From: Haliotis rubra
Lineage: Eukaryota
Reading direction: 5' to 3'
DNA: 64,000 nucleotides
NCBI RefSeq assembly: GCF_003918875.1
Contig: NW_025765647.1
Location: forward strand, 1,550,001-1,614,000
Position 1 is the first letter of the stretch. Every line of letters begins with the position of its first letter. Below, one piece after another: positions 11,994 to 24,542 of this stretch. Made by a program: the position numbers and the translations under genes. The notes beneath the pieces were generated by a model. It did no database searches. It was given only the letters and a program-made list of their open reading frames with translations, and was not told the DNA's origin.

Positions 11994-12399
11994 CTCCCGA
12001 ACCTAGAAGCTTGATCAAGACAACAGGAATTCAAACCCACAAACATAGGTTTCTCGCGTGACCAGCGCATTGTTCCTCAGATGGAGTGCCACACATTTTC
12101 TGTATACACATGTATCATATTGAGCTCATTTGGATGAATGTCAGAAATACATGTACCACAGATACATAATGAAAGGATAAGCTCAGTGTTCTTACAGACT
12201 TGCAAGGAACGAGTCACACCATGAGATACATAGAAACAAGAGAAAGCAATTGGAAACATGGTCAAATAATGAGTGCCATTGGTCAGTAGCAAAATGTTTC
12301 ATTCTGAAGATCATGTTTTTATGAGATCCAAAGTCATCGAACAAATAAATATTGAAATATCTGGGTATACAATGATTGGAGAGTTTCACAGTTGGAGTA

Positions 12400-13080
12400 C
12401 AGTTTTCTGAAGTGATGTAAAATATGGAGAGTGGGAGTCCGAGTCGTGTACCATCAGAAGGAGGCTGCGGGTGTGAGGGAACGTCGTCCCTTATTCGCAG
12501 ACAGGCACAGTCACGAACGTCTGGAGTCGTGAAGGCTCCTGGAAAATCGCAACTTCATATGGCGTAGGGTTCGTTGGACTGATGAAAGTCTACTCGTTAC
12601 CGGCAACGGTTGTGGCGTTTGGAGACGTCGTAACACGGCATATCAAAGCATATCATTGCAGTTGGACCCTTTGATGGTGGCTCACTGATGGTGTTGGTTG
12701 TGTTTAGTATGACGGCAAGTTGGATCTCACTACAATATCTGGGACATAACAGGAAGTACTGGATACCGCCGTGGTGCTACAATTTGATAACCATCCCCTT
12801 GTCAGTCGTCCAATATTCATGGATGACAACGTTAGTAATCAAAGTTGTCGAAGCATCATCGCCCATTTGCTTAACAATGCCAATGAAACATTATCATGGC
12901 CCGAGATGGGGTCCAAAGAAAACATTTGAGACAATCTTGCACGTCTCGTTCGAGGTAGAGATCCTCCTGTTCCAAGCCTGCAGGAATTACATGTACTCCA
13001 TGAGGAATGGCCGCAGATTCCGATGTTGAGAGTATTAAAACACGGGCAGCCGTTCCGATGGTTGGCTACACCTGGTACTT
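12400..13080 (+). mobile_element. Degenerate Tc1-like transposase remnant
   Basis: Frameshifted motifs FDGGSLMV, VVLQFDNHPLVSRPIFMDDN, HEEWPQIP; same family as 58740-59140. Confidence 0.7.
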
Positions 13081-13091
13081 AGGCCTTCGTC

Positions 13092-13448
13092 GACCGCCTC
13101 CGTGGTGTAGTGGTTAGAGCGTCCGCCCGGAGAGCGGAAGGTCGCGGGTTCGATCCCCGACCGCGTCATACCAAAAGACGTTAAAATATGGTACTTGTTG
13201 GTCCCTGTCTGGCGCTCGGCATTAATGGGTACAACAAGGACTGGTCAGCTCGGAGTCAGTATAATGTGTCTGAGTGGGGTATTCCTGCTTCACTGTGGCA
13301 TGGTATCTGAGTGGGCTAGCACTTTAAAACCAGCTTCAGTCTGGGCTAGTACAAGCAGCCGCACATACACATACACACGCATGCACGTCGTCATATGAGC
13401 GAAATATTCTCAAGCACGACGTAAAACCCACTTTCACCTTACCTCACT
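13092..13448 (+). mobile_element. Family B SINE, full length
   Basis: Near-identical to 4132-4484; imperfect TSD aggccttcgtc/aggcgttcgtc. Confidence 0.9.
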
Positions 13449-14796
13449 AAGGCGTTCGTCAGTGGTGTTTCATACAATCACAGCAATCATTATTTGAAAA
13501 CTACGTGACACTCAGATTTGTGGCGAAGCACGCCATGGAAACGATGGTTTTCGCCATGGTTGATGTTATCATTTTTGTGTATTTCTTTCAGATTTAAGTA
13601 AATTGTTACCCAATTTAAGTTTCAGTTTTGTTGTTGTTTCCAAATTTGCTGTAGTAACCAGTTAAATTTCGGTTTGTTTCCAAAGCATACAGTCATGTAG
13701 ATTAAGTGTTTTCATATTTATCACAGAACAAATGGATAGTGCTTGGTTAATGGTCGTGTGTGTGTGTGTGTGTGTGTGTAGGATTGTCGGTAAATGAGGT
13801 GATGTCCAAATTACGAATCTTAACCTTCTATGCTTATGAGTGGGACGTAGGGTGCCGGGATGAATGTCAACCCACACGAGAATCAAACAAGATTTTACTC
13901 AAGTATGTCGAGGAGTGTATACGCCCACATGTAACAAACCTCAAAGTAAAAGAGATTCAATGTAGCTTTGAACTATCCCCCAGAGAATGGACGTATTCCA
14001 TGAATGGTTCATCCACATCTTTCAAGCATAAACAAGTAGCAAAGTTAGAGCCAGAGAATAACTGAGAACTGCAGGAGCTGGTCACAAGCACAAATTGGTA
14101 TTTACAGTTGCACATCTCACGGGACAAAGATACTGGAGTGTTGTATTCATTTAAATATTTGTACAGTCCAGTATAAATCATCCTAGGCCATGTTGATCAG
14201 AGAATGACTATCGAGGTCAGATGGGACCATATCTGGCAGTGTTCTTAATTAGTAGGCGGGGTAGGTGGATCTGGGACACGTAGGTTGGAAGCCTCGTAGG
14301 AAGTGAAGACATTCGTATGCATGTCTGTTTTGAAATATTTATATTGCCGTTGTTGAGTTACATCAGTATTTGATGTGATCGATAGTTGTTTTCTAAAGTC
14401 GTTGATTGTAAAGGTAATTGTGCTGGTACTTGTAAAATATAAATCAACACCTCTAGTTTAAATTGTGATAAACAATTTGTATTGAAATTTGAACATGTCC
14501 CATGAGTTTTCTTGTGGCAGCCATAGCCGTACACATGTACATTAAGGTAATTACTAATTTGTGTTCTTTGTTTTGTGGTATTAGTGGCGCATACTACTAT
14601 TTAGTGATGCGTCCGTAGGTACCAGGATCCGGTACCCCTGTGTTTGGATTATGATCCAAGGTGTTTCAACACTACATAGTCCAGCCGTATTCTTTACTAT
14701 CAAGATTTTCGACGTCGTTTGGGTAACCAGGTGTTATACACTTGAAATACTGTTCATGACGTGAAACCAATGTCACTTCCGTTTTCCACTTAGCCA

Positions 14797-15285
14797 GGGC
14801 GGTGTGGTAACCTAGTGGGTAAAGCGTTCACTCGTCACGCCGAAGATCTGAGTTCGATTCTTCACATGGGTGTTATGTAGGAATTCATATTTGGTGTCCC
14901 CCTCCATGATATAACTGACCCGTAAAGATCCGGGTTAGAATTGGTCTTCAGCAACCCATGCTTGTCGTAAGAGGCAACAAAAGGGATCGGGTGGTCAGGC
15001 TCGCTGACTTGGTTAACACATGAATTCGTATCTCAATTGCGAAGGTCGATGCTCGTGGTGTTGATCACTGGATTGTCTGGTCCAGACTCGATCTTTTACG
15101 AACCGCTGCAATATAACTGGAAAATTTCGGTTGGCTAGCCTAATGGTTAAAGCGTTCGCTCGTCACGCCACGACCCGGGTTCGATCCCCCACATGCGTAC
15201 AATGTGTGGAGCCCATTTCTGGTGTTCCCCCGCTGTGATATTGCTGGAATGTTGCTAAAAACGACGTAAAACTGAACTCCCTGAC
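14797..15285 (+). mobile_element. Cluster of family C (14797-14916), family A (14917-15122) and family C (15130-15285) elements
   Basis: Each segment aligns with other copies in the window. Confidence 0.85.
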
Positions 15286-15536
15286 ACACTGTTGTTGTTC
15301 GACCCAGGTGATCTGAACTACTTGGTTCCATGATGTACTGAAGTTCACCCTTTGGGTTTACAAAATTTATCAAGGAACATAATTACAGTTTAGGAAACAA
15401 TTTATTTAGTTTAAGAAACACGTTATTCAAGTTTAAAACTAAACAACAACAACAAATACATGCGAAAGGTCACGTTGGTTTCTATGATAGATTGATGCCC
15501 GGGTCTGGACCAAATCGTTCACAAATGTCCAAAACA

Positions 15537-16023
15537 TTATATAATTTCCAGACAAAAAGGAATATTACATGAAGCCTAATCAACGGGAAGAGACTGATCC
15601 GACTTGTTGTTCCCAATGCAAATAATTGTTAGCAACAACATTGCAGACATCTCACATAATATAAAAATGTTTCGCCATGTCGCAGATTGGTCAAGGACAT
15701 TCATCACGTCCAGCTTGTTGTTGTCGTAAATATATGTAACTGAGTTATTTGGACATTTTGATCCGTCGAATATACACTATTATATATATATAATTTCCAG
15801 ACAAAAAGGAATATTACATGAAGCCTAATCAACAGGAAGAGACTGATCCGACTTGTTGTTTCCAATGCAAATAATTGTTAGCGACAACATTCCAGACATC
15901 TCAGATGATATAAACATGTGGCGCCATGTCGCAGATTGGTCAAGGACATTCACCAGGTCCTGCTTGTTGTTGTAAATATATGTAACTGAGTTATTTGGAC
16001 ATTTTGATCCGTCGAATATACAC
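15537..16023. repeat. Local ~245-bp tandem duplication downstream of paralogue A
   Basis: ataatttccagacaaaa...gtcgaatatacact occurs twice here and once in the B copy (~33165-33402). Confidence 0.85.
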
Positions 16024-16918
16024 TTGTCAATAAATTAAAGCGTCAGATACTGTGGCGACCTGAATGTTTCTTTTAACTGAATGGCCAGATTTAGTGTTAA
16101 AGGGTCAAAGGATGGAATCGTCCACAGTGACCCATATAAAATAATAAGAGAATCATTTCGACAATTAAAAAAACCCACCAAACGAATCTAATGTACGATT
16201 CCTACCATACAACATCTAGTATAGCATGTGTTTATTAACCACAATGCAATAGTGATGACACCGGGGGTTCGCGAAAAGGTGAGCGTATCCTGCCTCACTG
16301 GTGGCACCAGTCACAAACACACGCAAAGGCATGTCAATAGATCACTTACAAACACGAGGCCATATCGTACAAGTCAGAACAGGGAATATTTACAGCATAC
16401 GCGAGAGAATCTCCACTATTACAGCACGAACATTATAGTGACACAAAGAAGTAATTTCAGTAATGTATGTAGTTGTGTAGAAATTTCAAAATGGGTAATA
16501 TCTTCCTGGAGATGACAAGGCTTTATGGATGATCATCTTCTTTATTTTGACTTTGTAGAATGCCACTCAAACAAATAATATCCGCCTGTCATGTCTGTGG
16601 TCTAGCAGGTGCATGAGGAGACAACAGATCCCTACTATTGGGACTTTGTAGAATGTCTATCGTTATTATAGTTCAGCAACCCGTAAATCTTGGTTGATAT
16701 GTCATCGTATTCCAGCTGCGTAGATCGATGCTCATGCTTTGATCACTTCATAGTCTGGTCCATTTTCGATTATTTCCAGCCTTCCGCCATTTAGCTGGAA
16801 TATAGCTGAGTTGGCATTAAACAACAAACAAAGAGAACGACTTGCGTTGGGACATTGTGGAAATGTATATCTTCATGATAGCTGTATTCTGTATGGCCTG
16901 TGAGGGAAAATGCATTGT

Positions 16919-17842
16919 CTACCAGTTGCTGATTCTGTTACGAGCTTTTCTTCCTCTACATTTGTCGAAGAGGAAGAGGATGATGAACACCAGGAGCTCC
17001 GCGATCTCTGCGACTGTGAGCAAGCTGGCTCCGAGACACAATCCCATCTGACCCCCGACATTGGCTGCAACAACAACACCATCACATGAACATCTACGGC
17101 GTGACAGAAATGAACTCTGACGTATCATGATTCTGAAAAACGCATTAACAGCTCAATGGTTGTCATATGGCGCAGAATGTACGACTCTGCTGTTAGTGCC
17201 AATTATCCTCTCATGGCAAAGGGACGTGACTATGTACACTAAATTCAGACGCCCCAGGTCAAATTGTGCCCGTCCCAGGTTTAATGATATAGGGAAGCTT
17301 TAGCAATTGGATACTTACAAAACAGAGAAGCCGCGGTATATTGGGGTTGTTGTGTGATGGATGTCACCATCATCTGGTCGTAAAACACTTTCAGCTGCAG
17401 AAAGTTGTATCTGAATAACACACATCGGCAAACGGTTACGACCTAATCCGTCGAATTTTGAACAGCCAGCTGTGCCGATCCGTCGAATCATGCTTGAGAG
17501 TCCAAACATGTATTTAATGCATCAATTTCTCATTGTATCATTTGAGTAGGCAAAGATATATACTGTACAAAAGTAAAAACATATAGAGAGTCAAAACATC
17601 CAACGCCCCTTGTGTCTTTTTTTGGGGTATGATCAAATGTTTTCATAGCTAAGATCACAGTGCCGATCCGTCGAATGCATTTTACTACTCTGAAATCAGA
17701 AATTCGACGGATCGGTAAGCATACATCCGTAGCATATTTACTGGGAGTAATTTTGAAAACCTATGACCATGGCGGTGAAGGACAAAGGATCAACATCTTA
17801 GTCAACCTTAGATATAAACCATTCACCAGCGACGTTGGCAGT

Positions 17843-17888
<46 letters not shown>

Positions 17889-20800
17889 GTGGGGGGCAAC
17901 TCTCTACAGTCTGATTAAACTTCAACAAGATTCAAACATAAACCATTATGTTTGAAGCAAGTAACATCAACATTGAAACTTTTATGAAGTATTGAACCGG
18001 GCGAATTCGGGCGAAATTCATTCAGAGTGAAACATACGGCTTTAAACAAAGATATAGTGTGAGTAATTTAACCACGAAACCCTTTCCACATCAATGATAA
18101 ATCTCCGCCAGAAGCAGAGTCGACAGAACTATTCCAAATATATCATGATCATTTGTTTATGAATTACTATTAAATAGAGATGACACCAGGTGTTTGCGAA
18201 AAGGGGCCCCTGTCCCGTTCTATCGGCGGAACCCGTCATGACATTAACGACGGAAATACAAATATCCATGTTTTTAACATTTGATAAAAACAGAGTCTGG
18301 AAAACATGGAAGTCTTACTCCATACTCGTCCTGTCCTTTGCCCCCGTGTTGTTGAGAAGAGTGGATTCCCATTTGTCTGCAGGGAAGGAGCTGGAGGACA
18401 CCTGGGCCGTGTACCTGTCGAACACGCACTCGCTGACACACTCACACTCCTTCACGAAGGTGCCATTCTTGGACAACGATCCTCGTAAAAGAAACAGTAG
18501 GCCGAGGTTCAAAGGTTTGATGATACACTCAAATGATATCGTGCAACAAAGCCAATTATGAGGCCATGCATAGTAAAATGTTTCACGTCAGGCTAAAAAA
18601 GTATTAGTCAAAAACGTATGTCTTGCTATCCTGTAATGTCTTTTCCTTACTTACTTGGTAGTCTAGTAGGTGTCATACATTGAAAATTGAACCTAATTGT
18701 TGCAAATCCCAGTACCAAACTACACGGCCAGGAGTTCCTGTCGCCGGAGTTGTACATGTATTTGTGTGTGTGAACCTTTGCTTTTCGCCTCTGTACAGTT
18801 GAAACAGAAGAGGTCTATGCTCTCCTATTAAGGGTTGTTGGGTTGGTGGGTGTTTTTTTGTTTAACCCCGCACTCAGCACTATTGCAGATATATAGCGGC
18901 AGTCTGTAGATAATCGAGTCTGGACCAGACAATCCAGTGATCAACATCACGAGCATCGTTCAACTAAATCAGAGAGCCTGACCACCCGATCCCGTTAGTC
19001 GCCTCTTACGACAAGGATGGGTTACTGAAGACCAGTTCTAACCGAGGTCTTCACAGGTATCCTATTAAGGGTAATTAGCCGATATACTCACTAACAGCAG
19101 GATTGTAACAAGTATCCAGCTGCACTAGAGAGCACCGAAGATCATCCACTGTAATGAAAATCAATAAGGTGATCAAAATGAAATCAATGGTGATTTTGCA
19201 CAGGAGAGTGTGTTTCGACATGTGAGATTACAGTTTTGTCGTTGAGAGGGTGACATGAATAATACAAGCGTGAGTTGGTAGGTATGTACAGTACACTGTA
19301 GGACTGTCTCATATAACACCCCAATTGTGGAAACACGAATATGAACATTCACACGAAACACAAGTATCAACATGTGTTATCACCCTGGTCAAGTCACTTA
19401 CTTCATGTGTGCCTCAGTCTACCCTTAGTTAACGTAATCGCCTCCTGGAGAGCGGAAGGTCGCGGGTTCGATCCCCGACCGCGTCATACCAAAAGACGTT
19501 AAAATATGGTACTTGTTGGTCCCTGCCTGGTGCTTGGCATTAATGGGTACAACAAGGACTGGTCGGCTCGGAGTCAAGTCTAGCACTATAAAAAGCCAGC
19601 TTCAGTCTGGGATAGTACAAGCAGCCGCACATACACATACACACGCATGCACGTCGTCATATGAGCGAAATATTCTCAAGCACGACGTAAAACCCAATTT
19701 CACCTCACCTCACCTCAGTTAACGTCTCTATACAGGATTACTAGCAGTTCTTCAAAACTACTCTGGCACCGTTCCTGTAGGACTGCAGTATACCATTGAA
19801 TATGAACTGTGCTTCATTCGCACACTTGGTGTAAATGTATACAACATCTGTCAAATACTTACATGGGACGTAAGGTCCGACACATCCACACTGCTTAAAT
19901 GCCTTCAGCTGAACACACTCCATCAAGCAGTGGTCGTAAGTGTAGAGAGAGTAGATTTTCAGAGGATTAAAAAAATCTGGACTGTCTGTGTCCAGACAAT
20001 TAGTGTCATCAAATGCTTTGTACGGGAGGGTCTGGTAAAGAAACTTGAAACAAAAATCAATGATTTGTTTAAAATGCCTTGAAATTGTGGGGCCAGATGC
20101 AAGTATGCATGAGAGTAGGATTACAGACATCGCATTGGATATGACCACCTAATACACAGCGATACAACATAATAACGCGATGATAATTAAATATTAGGTC
20201 ACCGATTTTGATAATTGATGGCATAGACTTATAGACATTAAAAAGACATAAGTTTTAAGATTTAATGCATCAGAAAATATGCCCTTTTCTCGTTCATAAA
20301 ATCTGCTCATATGATTGTAGGATCAGTGAAGACAATCGACTAACGGGATCGGGTGATCAGGTTTGCTGACTTGGTTGACACATGTCATCCCGGTGGCGTT
20401 GATAGATGTCAACGCAGTTGATCACTGGATTATCTGGTAGCCTCGAATATTTACAGATCGCAGCCATATAGCTGGAATATTGCTGAGTGCGGCGTAAAAC
20501 ACCAACAAACATACCCACCTGAATTTTTTGTATGGCAACATATGTTGAGAACCCGGGTGCAGCCATCACCACAATAGAGCTAGCGTCTGGGTGGACGTCC
20601 GGATGATGGAGAAATACCTGCGAACATACACAGCACAATTCTTTCTCTCCATTTTACATTGTGCGAACTATTTATAAAAATCTTGGGCACACATCTTCAC
20701 ACCAACTACTCCAAGGTTTATGGAAGGGGAGATTTACTTTGAGCCATATCCCTACACGAATAACGTCCTGAAGGTTATTCCTCACAAAATCAGAATCCGT

Positions 20801-22086
20801 AATTTAACAAGTAGTTTTCGTAACCATCAGTGGAGATTGAACCATCTGACGGTTGTGATTAGTTGATTTTGCAAAAGAGTTTTGTGTTTGTTAAATGTAC
20901 ATCCATCCAGTAATTAACCAGTTTATGGATGAGGACTTCCTGTCCAACCGGAAGCGTCCTCCCTAAATATAGGTCGAGGTCTTTACAGAATCAAAACAAT
21001 TCATGATGCCATGTGGCTTAATTGTACACACGTGTAATCTTTTCGGTATGTTTCGCAGATGAGTAGGTAATCCCAGTTTATGTATGTGTACATAATATTG
21101 TTCAGTTCTAATGACAGTTAGCTGCTTGTTTCAACACTTCAACACTGAATGATCTTAGGAAGGTTTTGATTTTTACTTTTTAGTTTGAAATATGTTCAAA
21201 CGGCGTTAATCCGTTACTTAGTGAAGGGGCTATTTACCTTAATCCCGGCTGCCCTGTTTCTGATGAAGGTGTAGTCGTTCTGGTTGATGTCGAATGTGAC
21301 GATGAGGTTTGCGTCGTCACCTGCCGTGTACGCAATTTTACTGGCATTGACGTTGAAGGTATGGCACAACCCCTCATAAGTGAAAATAGGTCGGAACTCG
21401 GTCATACAATCAAAGATGTCACCGCCAAAGACACAATTAAACAACATTTTGGATCCTTCCATTGACATGTTCCTCAACCATTCTAAAGACAACGGTGCCT
21501 GAAACACATCTGAAGTTAGATGAGAAAATGAGTCGTTCGTCTCCCTTCCTTGAGAAATATTGAAAAAATAGTTCTCCATCTCTGGGTAAACCTCAAGGCG
21601 AGTGTTGTTGAAGGTGCATCTGTTGCAGATGGTGACGGCAGGGAAATCTATTGCATGTTTGATTTGGGGTGTGATCTTGGTGACGGTTGGGTAGCTGTAG
21701 TAGGTTCCTATCTCGCCCACAAGGTTATAGACGAGAAACCCCGTAGTTGAACACAAGGCCAAAATCCATGCCAATCTGTTGAAGCAAGAAGACTAAAACT
21801 ATAAGTTTAATAAACACAAGAACATTCGGTACTGTGCAGAATTGCCTTGACTGTGGAAAAACAAGACTTCATTATTAATTTTTTTGGGAAAATTTAGAAT
21901 TGTGTAATGTATAACTTTGAAATGGGCCACACAAAACCGGTTAGTGGGAAAGGGTGACTCTACGTATCTAAAGTACAGTCTGCCAATCGCTATTTCTGTG
22001 GATGTCTTAATGACTCATTGTCAACAAATACACTGTTACAACGCCCAAAACACACTCCCCCTCCCCTAATATAATACCCGAAACAT

Positions 22087-22130
<44 letters not shown>

Positions 22131-23146
22131 GAAGAAGAAAAACGCAATAAAAACATCAACATGCAAACGAGATAAACACTCCCCCTAAAAACAAAACCAA
22201 AAAGAAACAAAACACACCAACAAACAAAGCACAAAAAACAAGCAACACAAAAAACCAAACACAGACAAACAAACAAACAAACAAAAGAAACACAAACAAC
22301 AAACAGATATTGTACAGCAAGATGGACTACTGGGTAAAAATTAGGGAGTGATATAAAAGATAAGTCTACAAACTATGTTGATATTGCATTGTCATGAGTG
22401 CGATCGATGATGGAGTAGGACAGGGGCAGCATTTGCCTCCTTCACTGTTCTCGCTTGATGACGGAATGTTACATGCTTGAGAGGAAACACAACCGATGTT
22501 AATATGCAATGTTATTATGACAAGTGCTTGCTATGTATACAGCTGCTATTAATTATAACGATGATGTCAGTACATCCATTACATTTATTTCTTTTCAGCA
22601 TTAGTAATTTATAAAATATTAATCTCATATTAGAACAGAAAGCATTTGAAAGTAATCTCATGCACATATTAGTATACCATGTATGTATACAACTGGTACT
22701 AATAATAACGATCATACTGTTTGATGTGGAGATAACCAGCTTTCTTAAGATGTATATATAATTACCTCATGAAATGGATCAGAAGATCCATTACATCATT
22801 TTTTCCTTTGAGAAGTGGTAGTAATGTATAAAATATTAGTCTCCTAACGGAAAGTTTTTAAAAGTAATCTCATATGTACATATTAGTATAACATTGTGCA
22901 TATGAACAAAACTATAAGAATGCTTTGTCTTGATTATTTACCACGATATATAGTTCGGCATGTACGTGTTACATACAACCACACCTACCCACGAATCGTA
23001 AATGGCCTGAGTGAAGGAGGTTTAATCTTATCAACAGCATGAAGACCTGTAGTCTGGCTGAATTCAATCCACAGATCTTTCAGTCCATACTCTGTCGAAG
23101 GCCGGTTGGCATCAGGCCTGACGATCTGTGTCCTCTTCTCATCCAT
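16919..23146 (-). CDS. DEG/ENaC (ASIC-like, amiloride-sensitive channel family) subunit, paralogue A, 477 aa; exons 23146-22989, 21775-21238, 20617-20519, 20043-19863, 19148-19092, 18481-18319, 17410-17319, 17064-16919
   Basis: Exon sum 1434 nt with compatible phases; TM1 (LAWILALCSTTGFLVYNL), YYSYPT, FPAVTICN, GLCHTFN, Cys-rich thumb and TM2 SNVGGQMGLCLGASLLTVAE with GAS filter. Confidence 0.92.
17436..17718. mobile_element. MITE-like insertion in intron 6 of paralogue A
   Basis: atccgtcgaattt / aaattcgacggat inverted ends, internal gtgccgatccgtcgaat repeats; absent from the B intron. Confidence 0.6.
17845..17887. repeat. (TG)n microsatellite
   Basis: About 20 TG units. Confidence 0.95.
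18857..19058 (-). mobile_element. Family A element with internal deletion
   Basis: Family A match. Confidence 0.8.
19438..19718 (+). mobile_element. Family B SINE, internally deleted, specific to paralogue A intron 4
   Basis: Family B match; TSD-like agttaacgt on both sides. Confidence 0.85.
22087..22310. repeat. (ACA)n microsatellite and A/C-rich low-complexity tract
   Basis: About 14 ACA units followed by aaac-rich sequence. Confidence 0.9.
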
Positions 23147-23574
23147 TATGTCTGAAAGCGAAAGAGTATGTCATGGTGAGATCACATACAGCGAGCAAGA
23201 AATTAACAAAATGACCACGGTTGATATGGTCACAAAAACGAATCATTTATCACAGGCAGAGCTTTGACCTTCACTAGTGACGCAGGTAGTTTGATCACCT
23301 GGTGTCATCACTTACACTAACTAGTAAGAGTCTACTACCTTTTTATAGAAAATGTGAATACATTTAACGTTTTAGCGTTATTTACAAGCAAGCGGAATGA
23401 AGCTTTCTTGTCGGAGTATGAAAAAATGCTTTCACTTACAGGGTAGAATATGCTTACGCTTGTCGCATCACTGATTTTGAAAGGTCCATTCATATTATTT
23501 TCACACAAAATGTAATCTAATTGTTTGATCGGCATTCTAGAAGTTGGTAAGTAAAAAATGAAACATACAACTTT

Positions 23575-23812
23575 ATGGGTGACAACTTCTTGTTTATTGC
23601 ATAGAGCGATGTTTCGATGTAGATTCTTACACCTTTATCAAGCTTTTCAGCTTGTTTTTTCGATGGATGATTCTTACAACGTTATCAAGCTTTTCATGGA
23701 TGACAACTTCTTGTTTATTGCAGCGATGACGATGTAGATTCTTACACCGACAATGGGTGAGAGGCAAGATGTTTGAGAGGATGGATGATTTTGTTTATTG
23801 CATAGAGCTTGA
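23575..23812 (-). mobile_element. Scrambled tandem fragments of a Penelope-like element terminus with a minimal hammerhead-like motif
   Basis: Minus strand agc-TTGATAA-a-ggtgta-agaatc-tacatc-GAAA-catc-gct followed by aataaa; partial repeats; related copy at 33925-34030. Confidence 0.5.
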
Positions 23813-24231
23813 CAACGGTGAGAGGCAAGAGGACTGATTTTGAGAAAAAACAACACATGCAACCATATTGTTAGAAGTGACAATCGTAGTACACGTCATA
23901 ACAAGCAATGAAACACATAATACACTTTGTGGATGCTCTCAACTTAAAAAAACCCATCGGTTCTTTTGTGAAGAATCAGTTTGGAATAAAGCAGCCTACT
24001 CAATGATTGTAAACAGACCTTTGAAATAATGGAAGAGAATGACAAACATGCCACTCCTGTGAGCGTTTGAACTGTTTGAGGAATCTATCACCATTGTCAG
24101 ATCCAACAACCCATCCCAGTGCTGTCTTGTGAATTTGTTTACCATATATTGTATAGCCAACTAAAGAAATTTGGACTCCCCCGATAACATATTTACGCGT
24201 TGACACTATGTTGTTATATAAAAAGGCGAGG

Positions 24232-24542
24232 TCTGGTGAAATGGGGTTTAACGTCGTACTTGAGAATATTTCGCTCATATGACGGCGTGCATGCGTGTGT
24301 ATGTTGTGTGCGGCTGCTTGTACTAGCCCAGACTTAAGCTGGGTTTATAGTGCTAGCCCACTGAGATACTATGCCGCAGTGAAGCATGAATACCCCACTC
24401 AGACACATTATACTGACTCCGAGCCGACCAGTCCTTGTTGTACCCATCTATGCCGAGCGCCAGACAGGGACCAACAAGTACCATATTTTAACGTCATTTG
24501 GTATGACACGGCGGGGGATCGAACCCGCGACCTTCCGCTCTC
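24232..24542 (-). mobile_element. Family B SINE, slightly 5'-truncated
   Basis: Family B match. Confidence 0.88.

Noticed and set aside
22007-22276. Poly-Cys hydrophobic ORF
   Set aside because: Translation of an (ACA)n and aaac low-complexity tract
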